DNA from: Eledone cirrhosa
Lineage: Eukaryota
Direction: 5' to 3'
DNA length: 64,000 nucleotides
Assembly (NCBI GenBank): GCA_964016885.1
Contig: OZ024741.1
Span: 413,478,001 to 413,542,000 of the forward strand
In this document: in pieces, positions 1 to 10,935 of the stretch
How the letters are laid out: the number at the start of each line of letters is the position of its first letter
How positions within the stretch are numbered: position 1 is the stretch's first letter
The notes under the pieces: generated by a model
Seen by the model: only the letters and a program-made list of their open reading frames with translations
What the model was told of the DNA's origin: nothing
The model's database searches: none
Translations under genes and position numbers: made by a program

Positions 1-429
1 TTGTGTAGAATATGGTTCTAATTACAGTGTTACTAGTCAGGGATACAAAATTAGTTTAAAGGCTAAATGAAGTGTAGAATGAGATGATGAAATATATAAA
101 TCATATGTTGGGTAGCTTTCTGAAAGTAGATCTGTGTGTGAGAGTTTACCTCTGAAATAAAACCTTGTTACAACACATACAACAATATTACATAAGTTAA
201 CACTTTCATTATCATATTTCTAATGAAAGACACTGCCTGTGATAACATCCATGAACTTGACTGGTCATTTCTAGGGATCTAGACAAATCAATTGAAGATG
301 GTTGCTTCAGGAATGTCTGTCTGAAGACTCTGCTCCCACGACCCTCCTAATATTAAGTGGGCAAAGAAGTAGGTTTTTTTTTAATAAGTTACTTAAATAT
401 GAAGCACTTTATGGAGTATACCAAGTGTG

Positions 430-805
430 TAGCGGGTGTATTTTATACTGGCCCAACCATACCACTTTACAGAGTGTACTGGGTGTATTTTATAGTGGCC
501 CAACACTGCCACTTTACAGAGTGTACTGTGTGTATTTTATCATAGCACCAGCACAAACTTTGCAGAGCGTACTCAGTGTATTTTATATTAGCACCAGCAC
601 TAATATGTTAGAGAATATACTGCGTGCACTACCACTTTATAGGCTGCACTTCGTGTATTTTAGTGTTGTACCAACACCATAAATTTACAGAGTGTACTGG
701 ATGTATTTTAGTGTTGTACCAGCACCATCAATTTACAGAGTGTACTGGGTGTATTTTATTATGACAACAACACTACCACTTTACAGAGTGTACTGGGTGC
801 ATTTC
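430..805. repeat. Degenerate ~45-bp tandem repeat related to RTE 3'UTR motif
   Basis: Recurring ccactttacagagtgtactgggtgtatttt; the same motif occurs in RTE-type tails elsewhere in the window. Confidence 0.7.
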
Positions 806-1078
806 ATCGTTAGTTGACCTATCACTCTGTATGTATAGCTTTAAAATGTGACAGATACTTTAGTGTAATGGTAGTATTTCTGCCGAGCAATGATGAATGT
901 GTGGGTGAAGTCCCGCAGGTCCTAATGTCATATTTTCCCGTTAGGGGTTGGAGCGGGGGTTATATGCCCTATTATTTAGATTATTTTTCTATGGTAAAAA
1001 TATTTGATAAAGCTTCTTTCTCGTAAATTTCAAGTTCTGCTCATCTTTTCTAAATTGCTTACTTAGGATTAAATTGCT

Positions 1079-1246
1079 TAATTAGGATTAAATTACATTA
1101 TGTTATCTAATTGATTTACAAACGTTTCTATAATACAGTAAGAAAATACATTTGTATATATATATATATACAAATGTATTTTCTTACTGTATTATAGAAA
1201 CGTTTGTAAATCAATTAGATAACATAATGTAATTTAATCCTAATTA
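1079..1246. repeat. Perfect 168-bp palindrome centred on (TA)n
   Basis: 1079-1154 is the exact reverse complement of 1171-1246. Confidence 0.9.
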
Positions 1247-1456
1247 TTTTTATTATTTATATATATAAATATGTGTTATATATAAATAGAGGGGCGACTA
1301 GTATGCATGGGTGACTGCTGGTTTTCCACAAATAACCTTGTCTGGACTTGTGCCTCAGCGGTACAAATCCCATGGTCACAGCTGACAAGTCCGGTTGTTT
1401 GTGGAAGATCAGCAGTCACCCATGCATATTAGTCTCCTTATATATATATATTTATA

Positions 1457-1562
1457 TATGAGCTTCTACAGGACTAGAACTGTTTTATTCATGAGAAATC
1501 ATCAGGAAGCTTCCTCATGATTTCTCACGAATGAAACAGTTCTAGTCCTGTAGAAGCTCATA
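1457..1562. ncRNA. Hairpin containing two back-to-back type I hammerhead motifs (minus 1461-1511, plus 1508-1558), each with one core mutation
   Basis: Consensus agcttc CTGATGA t-ttc-tcac-gaa-t GAAA cag-ttctagtc-ctg TA gaagct; plus arm has CTCATGA, minus arm has AAAA for GAAA. Confidence 0.75.
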
Positions 1563-1647
1563 GGAAAAAATAACACAGTAGTTTTATTTTTTAAGATATA
1601 TTTATCAAACTTGGGTCAGTTTGTCTTCATGACTTGTTCTTTCGATC

Positions 1648-1830
1648 TCACTCGATAAACCCGCCATTGGCTTTGATGACGGCTTCAAGGCGGCCTCGGA
1701 ACCGGCTACAGGCCTTTGTCACTGTCCCCCGACTTAGGCTCCTAAAGGCACATATGATCCTGGCCTTCAGATCGTCTTTCGTATTGCAGCTAGATCTGTT
1801 GGCGTCTCGTTCCACTGCGCCCAACACCCT
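1648..1830 (-). mobile_element. Tc1/mariner transposase C-terminal fragment
   Basis: Translation GAVERDANRSSCNTKDDLKARI...KACSRFRGRLEAVIKANGGFIE* matches the typical Tc1-like C-terminus. Confidence 0.8.
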
Positions 1831-3005
1831 TCTAACGGAGGGCTGGGCATGCCGTGGCTGATGATGCGCAAACACGCACTGAGGCTATGCCATCTCCAGG
1901 TGTTCCTGACCAGCGAACCAGTGTGGCAGTCATTTGTGAGACGAGCTCTTCCACAACTTGTCTCACTAACAGAGCTGCAGTCCTGGATCAAGCGAAGACC
2001 AAAAATAGGTGCCTGGCACCTCGAGTGCCTTCAGGCGCTCACAGCCCTCTACCAAGCGGAAATGGCAATCAGTGGAGACTCCACTTCGACATTCTATAGG
2101 GGATTAATGGAGGATAAGTGCTACAACGTTCTCAGGGAAACTCTAGGCATCGAGGAGGACGAACTGACCAGTCTGTTCGGGAGGTCTTTCCTTCCAGGGC
2201 CTATGAATAACTTCCAGAGGTCTCTGGCCTGGCAGTGCTACCGAGGAGCTCAACCAGTTCGAGACAAAATCTACAGGCACGGACGCCCTGGCAGAGATCC
2301 TGCCAAAAGGACCTGTCCAAGATGCGAGCAGGACATCGAAACCGTTCTGCACGCAATTTTTCAGTGCCCTGGGGTGACCGACCTGTGGAATTATGTCGAA
2401 CAGCTACTTTCACGTGTAGGACACATCCAGTTGTCAGCCAAGTCCATTGTGAGAATCACCCCTCTGCCTTCATTTAAGAATGAAGGAGAGGCGGTCTTCC
2501 TCTGTCTGGTGGCTATGGCGAAAGAGGTAATATGGTGGACGAGGTTAAAAGGACTGAGGGCAAGCACCCTTCTCTCCGGACAACAACTCGTCCCCTTCTT
2601 TAAGTACCACTTCAGAAGGAAGGTAAAAGTGGAGAGAGAGGTGTTACACTCCAGTAAATTTGCTGAAAGGTGGGTGAATGTGGCGAAAATGGCCCAAGTG
2701 AATGGGCTTTCTCTGTATATAAACCTGTAGGTTGAGGAAGATAAACAGAGGGAAGACAGGAACACCTACGAAACGTGTTCCTGGTGTTGAGGGTTGTTCT
2801 ATCCACGGGGTGTAAAACAACCCTTCAGTAACGTTACCCCCCCCCCCCTAATGGGGATTTCAATTGTTTTATTTTTATATAGTTTATTGTTATTTATCAT
2901 TGTTAAAGATTTTATGTAAAACCCCCGCCGTCACGTCTTGTAATGTCCCATTTTTGTACGCCCCTGTGGCAAATAAAGAAACATATCTATCTATCTATCT
3001 ATCTA
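1825..3005 (+). mobile_element. 5'-truncated Tx1/L1-clade LINE (ORF2 C-terminus plus 3'UTR)
   Basis: GLGMP motif, zf-RVT-like CPRC...ETVLHAIFQC in ORF 1849-2730, AATAAA near 2972, (TATC)n tail. Confidence 0.8.
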
Positions 3006-3033
3006 TGTGTGTGCATGTACATATGTATATAAT

Positions 3034-3228
3034 AATTGTTTCTACTTTTTGGCACAAGGCCAGCAAATACCCAGTGTATTACTGGTACTTTATTTTATCG
3101 ACCCCGTAAGGATGAAAGGCAAAGTTAACCTCGGCGGGATTTGAACTCAGAATGGAGAGGGCCGTAACTCTTTGTGTCAAAGCATGGCGCCTGACTCTCT
3201 ACCAACACTGCCAATCTACCACCCTTAT
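3034..3228 (-). mobile_element. tRNA-derived SINE (family with ctttgcctttcatccttacggggtcgataaa core)
   Basis: B-box-like gagttcaaatccc on minus strand; related copies at 4062-4160, 21740-21895, 52405-52590. Confidence 0.8.
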
Positions 3229-3547
3229 ACGTATATAATAATAATAATAATAATAATAATAGGTATAAACCGAAGTTGTAGCTCCAAGATAGCAGATGGC
3301 AATCAAATTGTTTGAGGCAGTCACAAAGAACTCAATGGTGAACACAAAGTTATGGAAGTGTGACTCCAAACAGGTCCAACAACTTCACTGTCTGAGTAGA
3401 TAGCAATCAATAAAAACTACACATGTGTAATGTCATAAATGTGTTAGGATGGAACGGGAGACTCCTTCACTGGCAGGCTTTCTGTATTATCCAACGTGGT
3501 TCTGCCAGGAAAGAGAGTTATACACACACACACATATATATATATAT

Positions 3548-3865
3548 ATCATCATCATCATATCATTTTTACGTCCACTTTTCCCTGCTTGCAAGGGTAG
3601 GACGGGAACTGATTCTGGCTTGATTTCTACAGCTGGATGCCCTTCCTAACACCAACCTCATTTACAGTGAGTGCTGGGTGCTTTTTTGTCGTGGCACCTC
3701 CACGACCACTTTGCAGTGGAATGATATGGACCCCAGTCCCTATCATCTCATTTCTACAGCTGAGTAAACTGGAGCAATGTGAAATAAAGTGTCTTGCTCA
3801 AGGAAACAACACATCACCCGGTCTGAGAATTGAACTCACAACCTTTCGATTGCAAGGCCAATGAT
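3548..3865 (-). mobile_element. tRNA-head SINE with RTE-derived 3' tail
   Basis: (CAT)n tail, RTE 3' end motif ggatgcccttcctaacaccaac, B-box-like gagttcaattc; near-identical copies at 5782, 25232, 31987, 56080. Confidence 0.85.
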
Positions 3866-5376
3866 CCTTGTCGGGATGATTCCGATTCCGACAAAACTCT
3901 ACGTATTATACTAAAACTTGTATTGTATTGACTGTATTCTCTACTCTATACCTCAGGACTTTTTGTGACTCCCACTGAATTCGGAACCCAAACTTTACAC
4001 TAGGTACAATCTGTTACCATTCCATCTCTTCTATCCTCTATATCTGTATCTACATGTACAACTTAACTTTGCCTTTCATCCTTACGGGGTCGATAAAATA
4101 AAGTACCAGTAATGTACTGGGTAATTGCTGGCCTTGTGCCTAAAGCAGAAACAATTATCTTACTACAACTTGATCTATATTGACTCTTATTTACCTTTAT
4201 TAATTTTTTTACTATCTCATTAATGTATATTTTATTACTTTATTATTTTCTATTATTTTATTAATGTATTTTTATCAATGTATTGGTATTTTTTGGTAAC
4301 TTTTCCTTACTCAGGTCATTATGCACCTTCATAGCCGCCTACCCACCTAAGAACCACACTACCTATAACCCGGACTAACTGGGACTTTAAAATAAATTAA
4401 AATAATTTTGATCTATTTGCACTTTTCATTGTTTGACTTGTGTGGTGGCTTTTCCCCGGCTGCGCGCTGGGCACTCGGAAAGTTCAGCCTTCCTTGAGTG
4501 CTCGGAAAAATAAATTTCTCCTCTTTCGGTAAATGAAATTACTCGAAGTGGCTTGCTCTGCCCCAGTCCCACCGCGCCACCTGTTTTGGCCGCCTAATTA
4601 TACCTGTACCTACAAACTCTTAGCTGTATCATGCCTCTATTGACACATAAATAAACCCCTAATGTGTGATTTAATAGTATTCATGGTATAGATGATGGCC
4701 TGTCGAAATTGTGGGGTTCCCACTAGCGATCCCGGGGCCCAAGTTAGCTACGTTCCCAGAGTACTCGGAAAAATTAATTTACATTTCTTTCGCTGGACGA
4801 TACCACTCGAGACTGGCTGACTCATGGTGGTGGGTGTGCTGGCTGGGACTCCCAATCGAAATCTTTACTCTATATCCCATCCTAATATCTTAGCGAGTTA
4901 AATAAAAAAAATTTTTTTCATATAAGACTCTCTCCGTAAGTTCGTTAAATAAATAAATCTCGCTACCTCTATTTTTCAATTTACCATTTTGCAATATAAT
5001 ATTTTTAATTTAATTTATTTCATCCTATAACGCGCAACATAAGTTTAGCGTTCCAATCTTCGGTTCACACATTAGACCATACAGACACCCACTATGGATT
5101 CTTTGGTAGCATTTTTTTCGCAGCATTTTCTAACATGAATGTAGTTTGACCCTTACACTACACTTCTTTCTCCCTTTCTTTCTTTCTTCCCCTTCTTCTT
5201 TGACGGAGTGGTGGTAGTATATGATAGGCCTGCGCCCCCTTACCAGATATTCACTGGTAGTTTTTGGTTGCCAACACTTTGAGGGCGGCTGGCTGTGAGG
5301 CTAGTTGGTCAGCCGCCTTTTCTGTCTATGGTTTTTCGGACCCATGGATTTTTACATATTCCTTTGTTATATTCCA

Positions 5377-5434
5377 ATACCTGATGATATCACCGGATTC
5401 ATATGGAACCCGGTCATTGAAATGATCATAGTAT
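5377..5434 (+). ncRNA. Type I hammerhead ribozyme motif (intact core)
   Basis: atac CTGATGA t-atcaccgg...ccggtcat-t GAAA tgatca TA gtat; palindromic stem III; AATAAA immediately downstream. Confidence 0.8.
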
Positions 5435-5627
5435 AATAAACCTTTCAAGGATTTACACCAGTCCAGCCTACTGTTATTTCATTTATAATTAACTCCGTAT
5501 TCGCACCACCAACTACACAAATGAAGATGGGTGAACTGCACTGCGTTGAGTACTCTTCACAATATTACACCAGGATTGACCATACGGAATGACCAGTCCT
5601 ATCCAGTGGTGAACAACAAACCTTAAG

Positions 5628-5663
<36 letters not shown>

Positions 5664-5781
5664 AAAATTCGAAGATTCCATTTAAACCCTCTCGTAAAAT
5701 GCCCCATTTGTTTTTCTAAAATAACAATCTTGCTTCTTTAATTTTGGCCGAAAAATTCTAGGATTTATAAAATGGCCTCCT

Positions 5782-6126
5782 TCATCATTATCATCATCAT
5801 CATCATTTTACGTCCACTTTTCCCTGCTTGCAAGGGTGAGACAGGAACTGATTTTGGCTTGATTTCTACAGCTGGATGCCCTTCCTAACACCAACTTCAT
5901 TTACAGTGAGTGCTGGGTGCTTTTTTGCCGTGGCACCTCCACGGCCACTTTGCAGTGGAATGATATGGACCCCAGTCCCTATCATCTCATTTCTACAGCT
6001 GAGTAAACTGGAGCAATGTGAAATAAAGTGTCTTGCTCAAGGAAACAACACATCACCCGGTCTGAGAATTGAATTCACAACCTTTCGATTGCAAGGCCAA
6101 TGCTCTAACCACTAAGCCATGTGCCT
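5782..6126 (-). mobile_element. tRNA-head SINE with RTE-derived tail, full length
   Basis: Same family as 3548-3865; A/B-box-like head ggcacatggcttagtggttagag. Confidence 0.85.
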
Positions 6127-6186
6127 AATTATATTTAGAAAAAGTAAACAAGATAAGAAAAATATTTTTCCATTTTTACTTTGATG

Positions 6187-6258
6187 TCCCAACTGCAGTT
6201 TCTCTGAGTAATGTCAGTTTTTTTTTAGTACTGTGAGAAGTCTCAGCTCATCAGGGAA
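6187..6258 (-). ncRNA. Type I hammerhead ribozyme motif
   Basis: ttcc CTGATGA g-ctgag...ctcag-a GAAA ctgcag TT ggga; palindromic stem III; 10.1-11.1 is a G.A mismatch. Confidence 0.75.
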
Positions 6259-6437
6259 CTTCTCAATCAAGAAAAATTCTCCGAAGTTATCTGCTACCAG
6301 CAATAAATTTGAATGGAAGAATTATCACATGATTAACGGTCAACAAAAGGGCAGTGGTAGGTGAACAATGGTAAGTAACGGGTTGCTAGAAAAAGCAGTC
6401 TGATTCAGCCAAATTTTATACACTACCATAGGGGAGT

Positions 6438-8113
6438 CATCATCATCATCATCATCATCACCGTTTTACGTCCGTTCTTCCACGCTAGCATGGGTTAGAC
6501 GGGTTGTCCTGTTGTGGGCAGTGTCTAGTCGGCTGACCATGCCTTGCTCATACAGGAACTGATTTTGGCTTGGTATCTACAGCTGGATGCCCTTCCTAAC
6601 ACCAACCTCATTTACAGTGAGTGCTGGGTGCTTTTTCATGGCGCCTACACGTCCACTTTACAGTGTGGGCTGGGTGCTTTTTTGCTGTGGCACCTCCACG
6701 ACCACCTTGCAGTGGGAGGGTGAGGGGTCATATTGTCTATATGCTTCAGCTTGTACCCATGGGAGGTCGGGTACTCTGTATTACTGCGTGACGCCAGAGG
6801 TCACGGTCGTGTGTCATCGCCTTTGAGAGGTGTAATTGGGCAAGGTCGGCTTTTATCACCTCATCCCAGGTCATTTTGGGTCTCCCCACTGCACGGTTTC
6901 CATCGACTTCTAGTGCTCTGCACCTTTTTATGCAGCTGTCATCCTACATACGCATCACATATCCATACCAGCGCAACCGCCTCTCCTGCGCACAGCATTC
7001 GATTCCTCTTATACTCCCTGAACTTCTTCCATCCCGTTCTTACCCTAGTTATTGTACTTTCTGAACACCCACCTCCGCTGCTAATTCGGTCACCTAGGTA
7101 GCAGAAACTGTCTACTGTTTCTACAGAGCCCTCGCAGAGATTGTTGGTACTTGTTTCCTGTGGCTGTTTGCTGCTTGCTGTCCCAGCTGCTGCATGTGAA
7201 GCCTACATTCTTAATTAAGCTTCCTGAGATCCCACTACATCTCTTGTGTACCCATTGTTTGCATTTGGGGCAGAGAATGGAGTTCCTACCTACACCTTTC
7301 CTACATACTGAGCAAGGCCATTTCCCTGAGGGGATCTGGGTTCTGTTTTCTCGTCTACTTACAAGGACCTTAGTCTTTGTCATGTTGACTTTGAGACCCT
7401 TTCTTTCTAGTCCCTGCTTCCAAGTTTGGAATTTCTTCTCTAGTTCTACCATAGATTCAGCTATAAGTGCGAAGTCATCAGCATACAGGAGTTCCCATGG
7501 GCATCTGGTCTTAAACTCCTCCGTTATTGCCTGCAGTACTATGATGAACAGGAGGGGGCTAAGAACAGAGCCCTGGTGGACCCCAACCTGTACGCTAAAT
7601 TCCTCGCTATACTCATTGCTAATCCTAACTTTGCTGACTGCTCCCCTATACATGGTTTGTACCGCTTTCACAAGCCATTCATCTACTCCTAGTTTTCTAA
7701 GAGCCCACCAGATTACAGCACGTGGAACTCTGTCAAAGGCTTTCTCAAGGTCGACAAATGCCAGGTAGAGTGGCTTACTTTTAGCTAGGTACTTTTCCTG
7801 TAACTGCCTCACAAAGAAGAGGGCATCAGTGGTGCCTCTTCCTGGTACAAACCCAAATTGCATCTCATCTAGTTTCACCCGGTCCCTAATCAACTGTGCT
7901 ATAACTCTTTCTGTTACTTTCATGACCTGGTCCATCAGCTTTATACCTCTATAGTTTCCTCTATCTAGTGCATCACCTTTACCTTTGTAGCAGTTGACAA
8001 TGATGCTACTGCACCAATCTTTTGGTATGACACCTTCTAGTATTACCTGGTTAACAATACGTGTGGTTATAGTGTGACCTACAGACCCAGATGCCTTCAG
8101 CATCTCGGCAGCT
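6438..8113 (-). mobile_element. RTE LINE subfamily a, 5'-truncated with internal deletions
   Basis: RT motifs AFVDLEKAFD, GVHQGSVLSP, LLYADD; (CAT)n tail at 6438. Confidence 0.95.
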
Positions 8114-8380
8114 GAATCAATGGCTGAACTAGAGAAAAAATTCCAAACATGGAAGCATGGCCTAGAATCAAAAGGCCTTAAAGTTAACTTGTCTAAGACT
8201 AAAGTTCTAGTTTGTAGGAAGGAAAATAGGGCACCGGTCCAATCTGGGAAATGGCCATGCTCAGTGTGTAGGAAAGGAGTAGGCAGAAACTCCATTTTAT
8301 GTCCCAAATGCAAAGTATGGGTGCATAAAAGATGTAGTGGGATCACAGGTAAGCTAACTAAGAATATAGATTTTATATTG
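8110..8380 (+). mobile_element. RTE LINE subfamily b fragment, inverted relative to its neighbour
   Basis: Near-identical to 34056-34325. Confidence 0.9.
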
Positions 8381-8475
8381 TAACACACAATAAATTGAGT
8401 TCAGATGCATCACTGATTTTTCGTTTTCTATTATATATATATATATAAAACCACAGACCCTCCATCTCAACTCTA

Positions 8476-8511
8476 CTTTTGAAAAGCAGAAGAACTGCAA
8501 AACCGGTAAAG
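8476..8511 (+). ncRNA. Minimal hammerhead-like motif with U3-A8 core (G12 mutated)
   Basis: ctt TTGAAAA gcag-aagaa-ctgc AAAA ccgg TA aag; AATAAA and ctccag downstream; flanked by (TA)n. Confidence 0.6.
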
Positions 8512-8753
8512 GAACCAAATAAATATATATATTTTAAAAAAAATAAGACTCCAGTTGCATTTTAGATTTCATCTTTTTTTCTTTATACTTTTACACCTCG
8601 GTTATTTTTCATTTTGTAAAAAAAACCTTACTTTCTAATATATATATATATATATACACATATTATATATATATTTATTAAAATAACAGATTCAAATTTA
8701 AGCAAAGAATCGCTGCTTTCACCCTTAATTTTAGTCTTCATATTTATTATTAT

Positions 8754-8799
<46 letters not shown>

Positions 8800-9444
8800 C
8801 ATCATCATCATCATCATCATCATTTTACGTCTGCTTTTCCCTGTTTGCAAGGGTTGGATGGGTCCTATTCAGCACAGCATCTCTCCACTTGTCACGGTCC
8901 TTCGTCATCTCCTTCATCATATCCTATTTCTTTTCATATATATATATATATATAAAACTCTCAAATGACACTACAAACCTCAGTAGCAAGCAGTTTCCAG
9001 GAGCAATGGAAAATCATGAATTGTGGAGAGACTTTGTTAGAAATGTTCAACTGTGGTCACAATGACGTTAAGGGTGAAAGCAGCGATTCTTTGCTTAAAC
9101 TTTAATCTTTTATTTTAATATATATATATAATATGGAAAATGAAGAATCAGTGATGCATCGGAACACAATTTATTATGTATTACAAATGTTTCTCCGTCG
9201 AACAGCTCGAGGTTCGATTTCTTTGTGGATCGAACCTGACTCTGGATTTCCAAGTTCTTCAGATACGTCTAGTGATTTCGAAGCAAATCCTCTTTCTGTT
9301 GGACTCCGATACCGAATTTCTATCATCTGCCATCATCTAATTTGCACGACCCATCGATTAAACAATCATGAATTGTGGACGAAAATATATATATAAACGT
9401 TTGTATTTGTAAAGCCAAAACAATGTGCAGGTATGGATATATAT

Positions 9445-9745
9445 ATTCTTCTTCATTTGCCACCCTTATTACTGGGGGTCAGGGACCATAACTTTAATAC
9501 TCTCCAATGATGCCTCTCCCTCATTACAAGAGTGCATTCCACCTACCTTCTTCCCATCCATTCTCTGATATCATTACTCCAGTGTCTCCTTCATCTCTCA
9601 ATCTTCTGCCATCAATGTGTCCCTCCAGGAAGGGCTTGCTGAGGTTCTGCTCCGTAATAATATGACCAAAGTATTGTAACTTTCATTTCCTTATAGTTGC
9701 CAACCCTCTACCTCACTCTTCCTATCACCTCCAGGTCTGACTCCT
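9445..9745 (-). mobile_element. Old RTE/BovB-like LINE 3' fragment
   Basis: Minus-strand translation KLQYFGHII...PFLEGHIDGRR. Confidence 0.65.
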
Positions 9746-9769
9746 TCATTTTCTAATGATGATGATTAT

Positions 9770-10348
9770 ATATATATGTGTATGTGTATATATAGAGAGA
9801 AGGGGGCATGTGTGTGTAGTCAACTATATATCACAGTTCCTTTTTTACACACACACCTGTATATATATATAGACACACACTTATATATACACCTACATAC
9901 ATACCTATATATATATAGACACACACATATATATACACCCACATACACCTACATACACACCTGTATATATATAGACACACACATATATATACACCCACAT
10001 ACACCTACACACACACACCTATATATATATAGACACACATATATATACACCTACATACACCTACACACACACCTATATATATATAGACACACATATATAT
10101 ACACCTACATACACCTATATATATATACAAGCCACAAGACATGACTCAACAAGTCAGTAGTCCAAACAGTTTACCTGGGTTATCTCTTAATAATCTGAAC
10201 TTTCAAAGAACATCTCTTCTTCCCTTTTTATTACTGTTGTTGTTGTTGTTGTTGCTGCTGCTGTTTTTGTTGTTGTTGTTGTTTATATCTTGCTTTGCTG
10301 TTGTTTCTATTAAAAACAATGAATTATGGAGATGTGTGTGTACATGTA

Positions 10349-10390
<42 letters not shown>

Positions 10391-10860
10391 GAAGTTGTGT
10401 GCATGTTTCTGTGTGTGTGTGTGTGTTTGGAAGTTGTGTGCATGTTTCTGTGTGTGTGTGTGTGTTTGGAAGTTGTGTGCATGTTTCTGTGTGTGTGTGT
10501 GTGTTTGGAAGTTGTGTGCATGTATCTGTGCGTGTGTGTGTGTGTTTGGAAATTGTGTACGTGTATCTATGTGTATGTGTTTGGAAGTTGTGTACGTGTA
10601 TCTGTGTGTGTGTGTGTGTGTTTGGAAGTTGTGTGCATGTATCTGTATGTGTGTATATGCAGATATCTAGATGTCTGTATGTATGTATGTATGTGTGTAT
10701 GTATGTGTGTGTATTCATGTGTCTGTGTAGGATAGATGTGTGTATGTTTGTGTATGTGTGCGCATGTGCCTGTGGTAGTAAGAAAGATATGTGTGTGTGT
10801 GTGTCTGCATGTATGTAGGTGTGTGTGTTTGAGTGTTTGTATGTGTATATGTGTGTGTAA
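9770..10860. repeat. TA/CA microsatellite and ~38-bp minisatellite cluster
   Basis: Repeated tttggaagttgtgtgcatgtttct(gt)n and atatatagacacac units. Confidence 0.9.
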
Positions 10861-10935
10861 GTGATAATGAAACACTTGTGTTTTACCAGACTTAGAGCAG
10901 GAATCAGGATTTAAGTAAAAGATTTCAACACCAAA

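Noticed and set aside
275-368. AG...GT bounded candidate exon
   Set aside because: Stop codons in all three frames
3637-3864. Recurrent MPFLTPTSFTVSAGC ORF as a small gene family
   Set aside because: Antisense reading of a SINE/RTE tail
6040-6126. tRNA genes at A/B-box-like sites
   Set aside because: These are SINE heads without a complete cloverleaf
9235-9270. CTGAAGA...GAAA on the minus strand as a hammerhead
   Set aside because: Stems I, II and III do not pair
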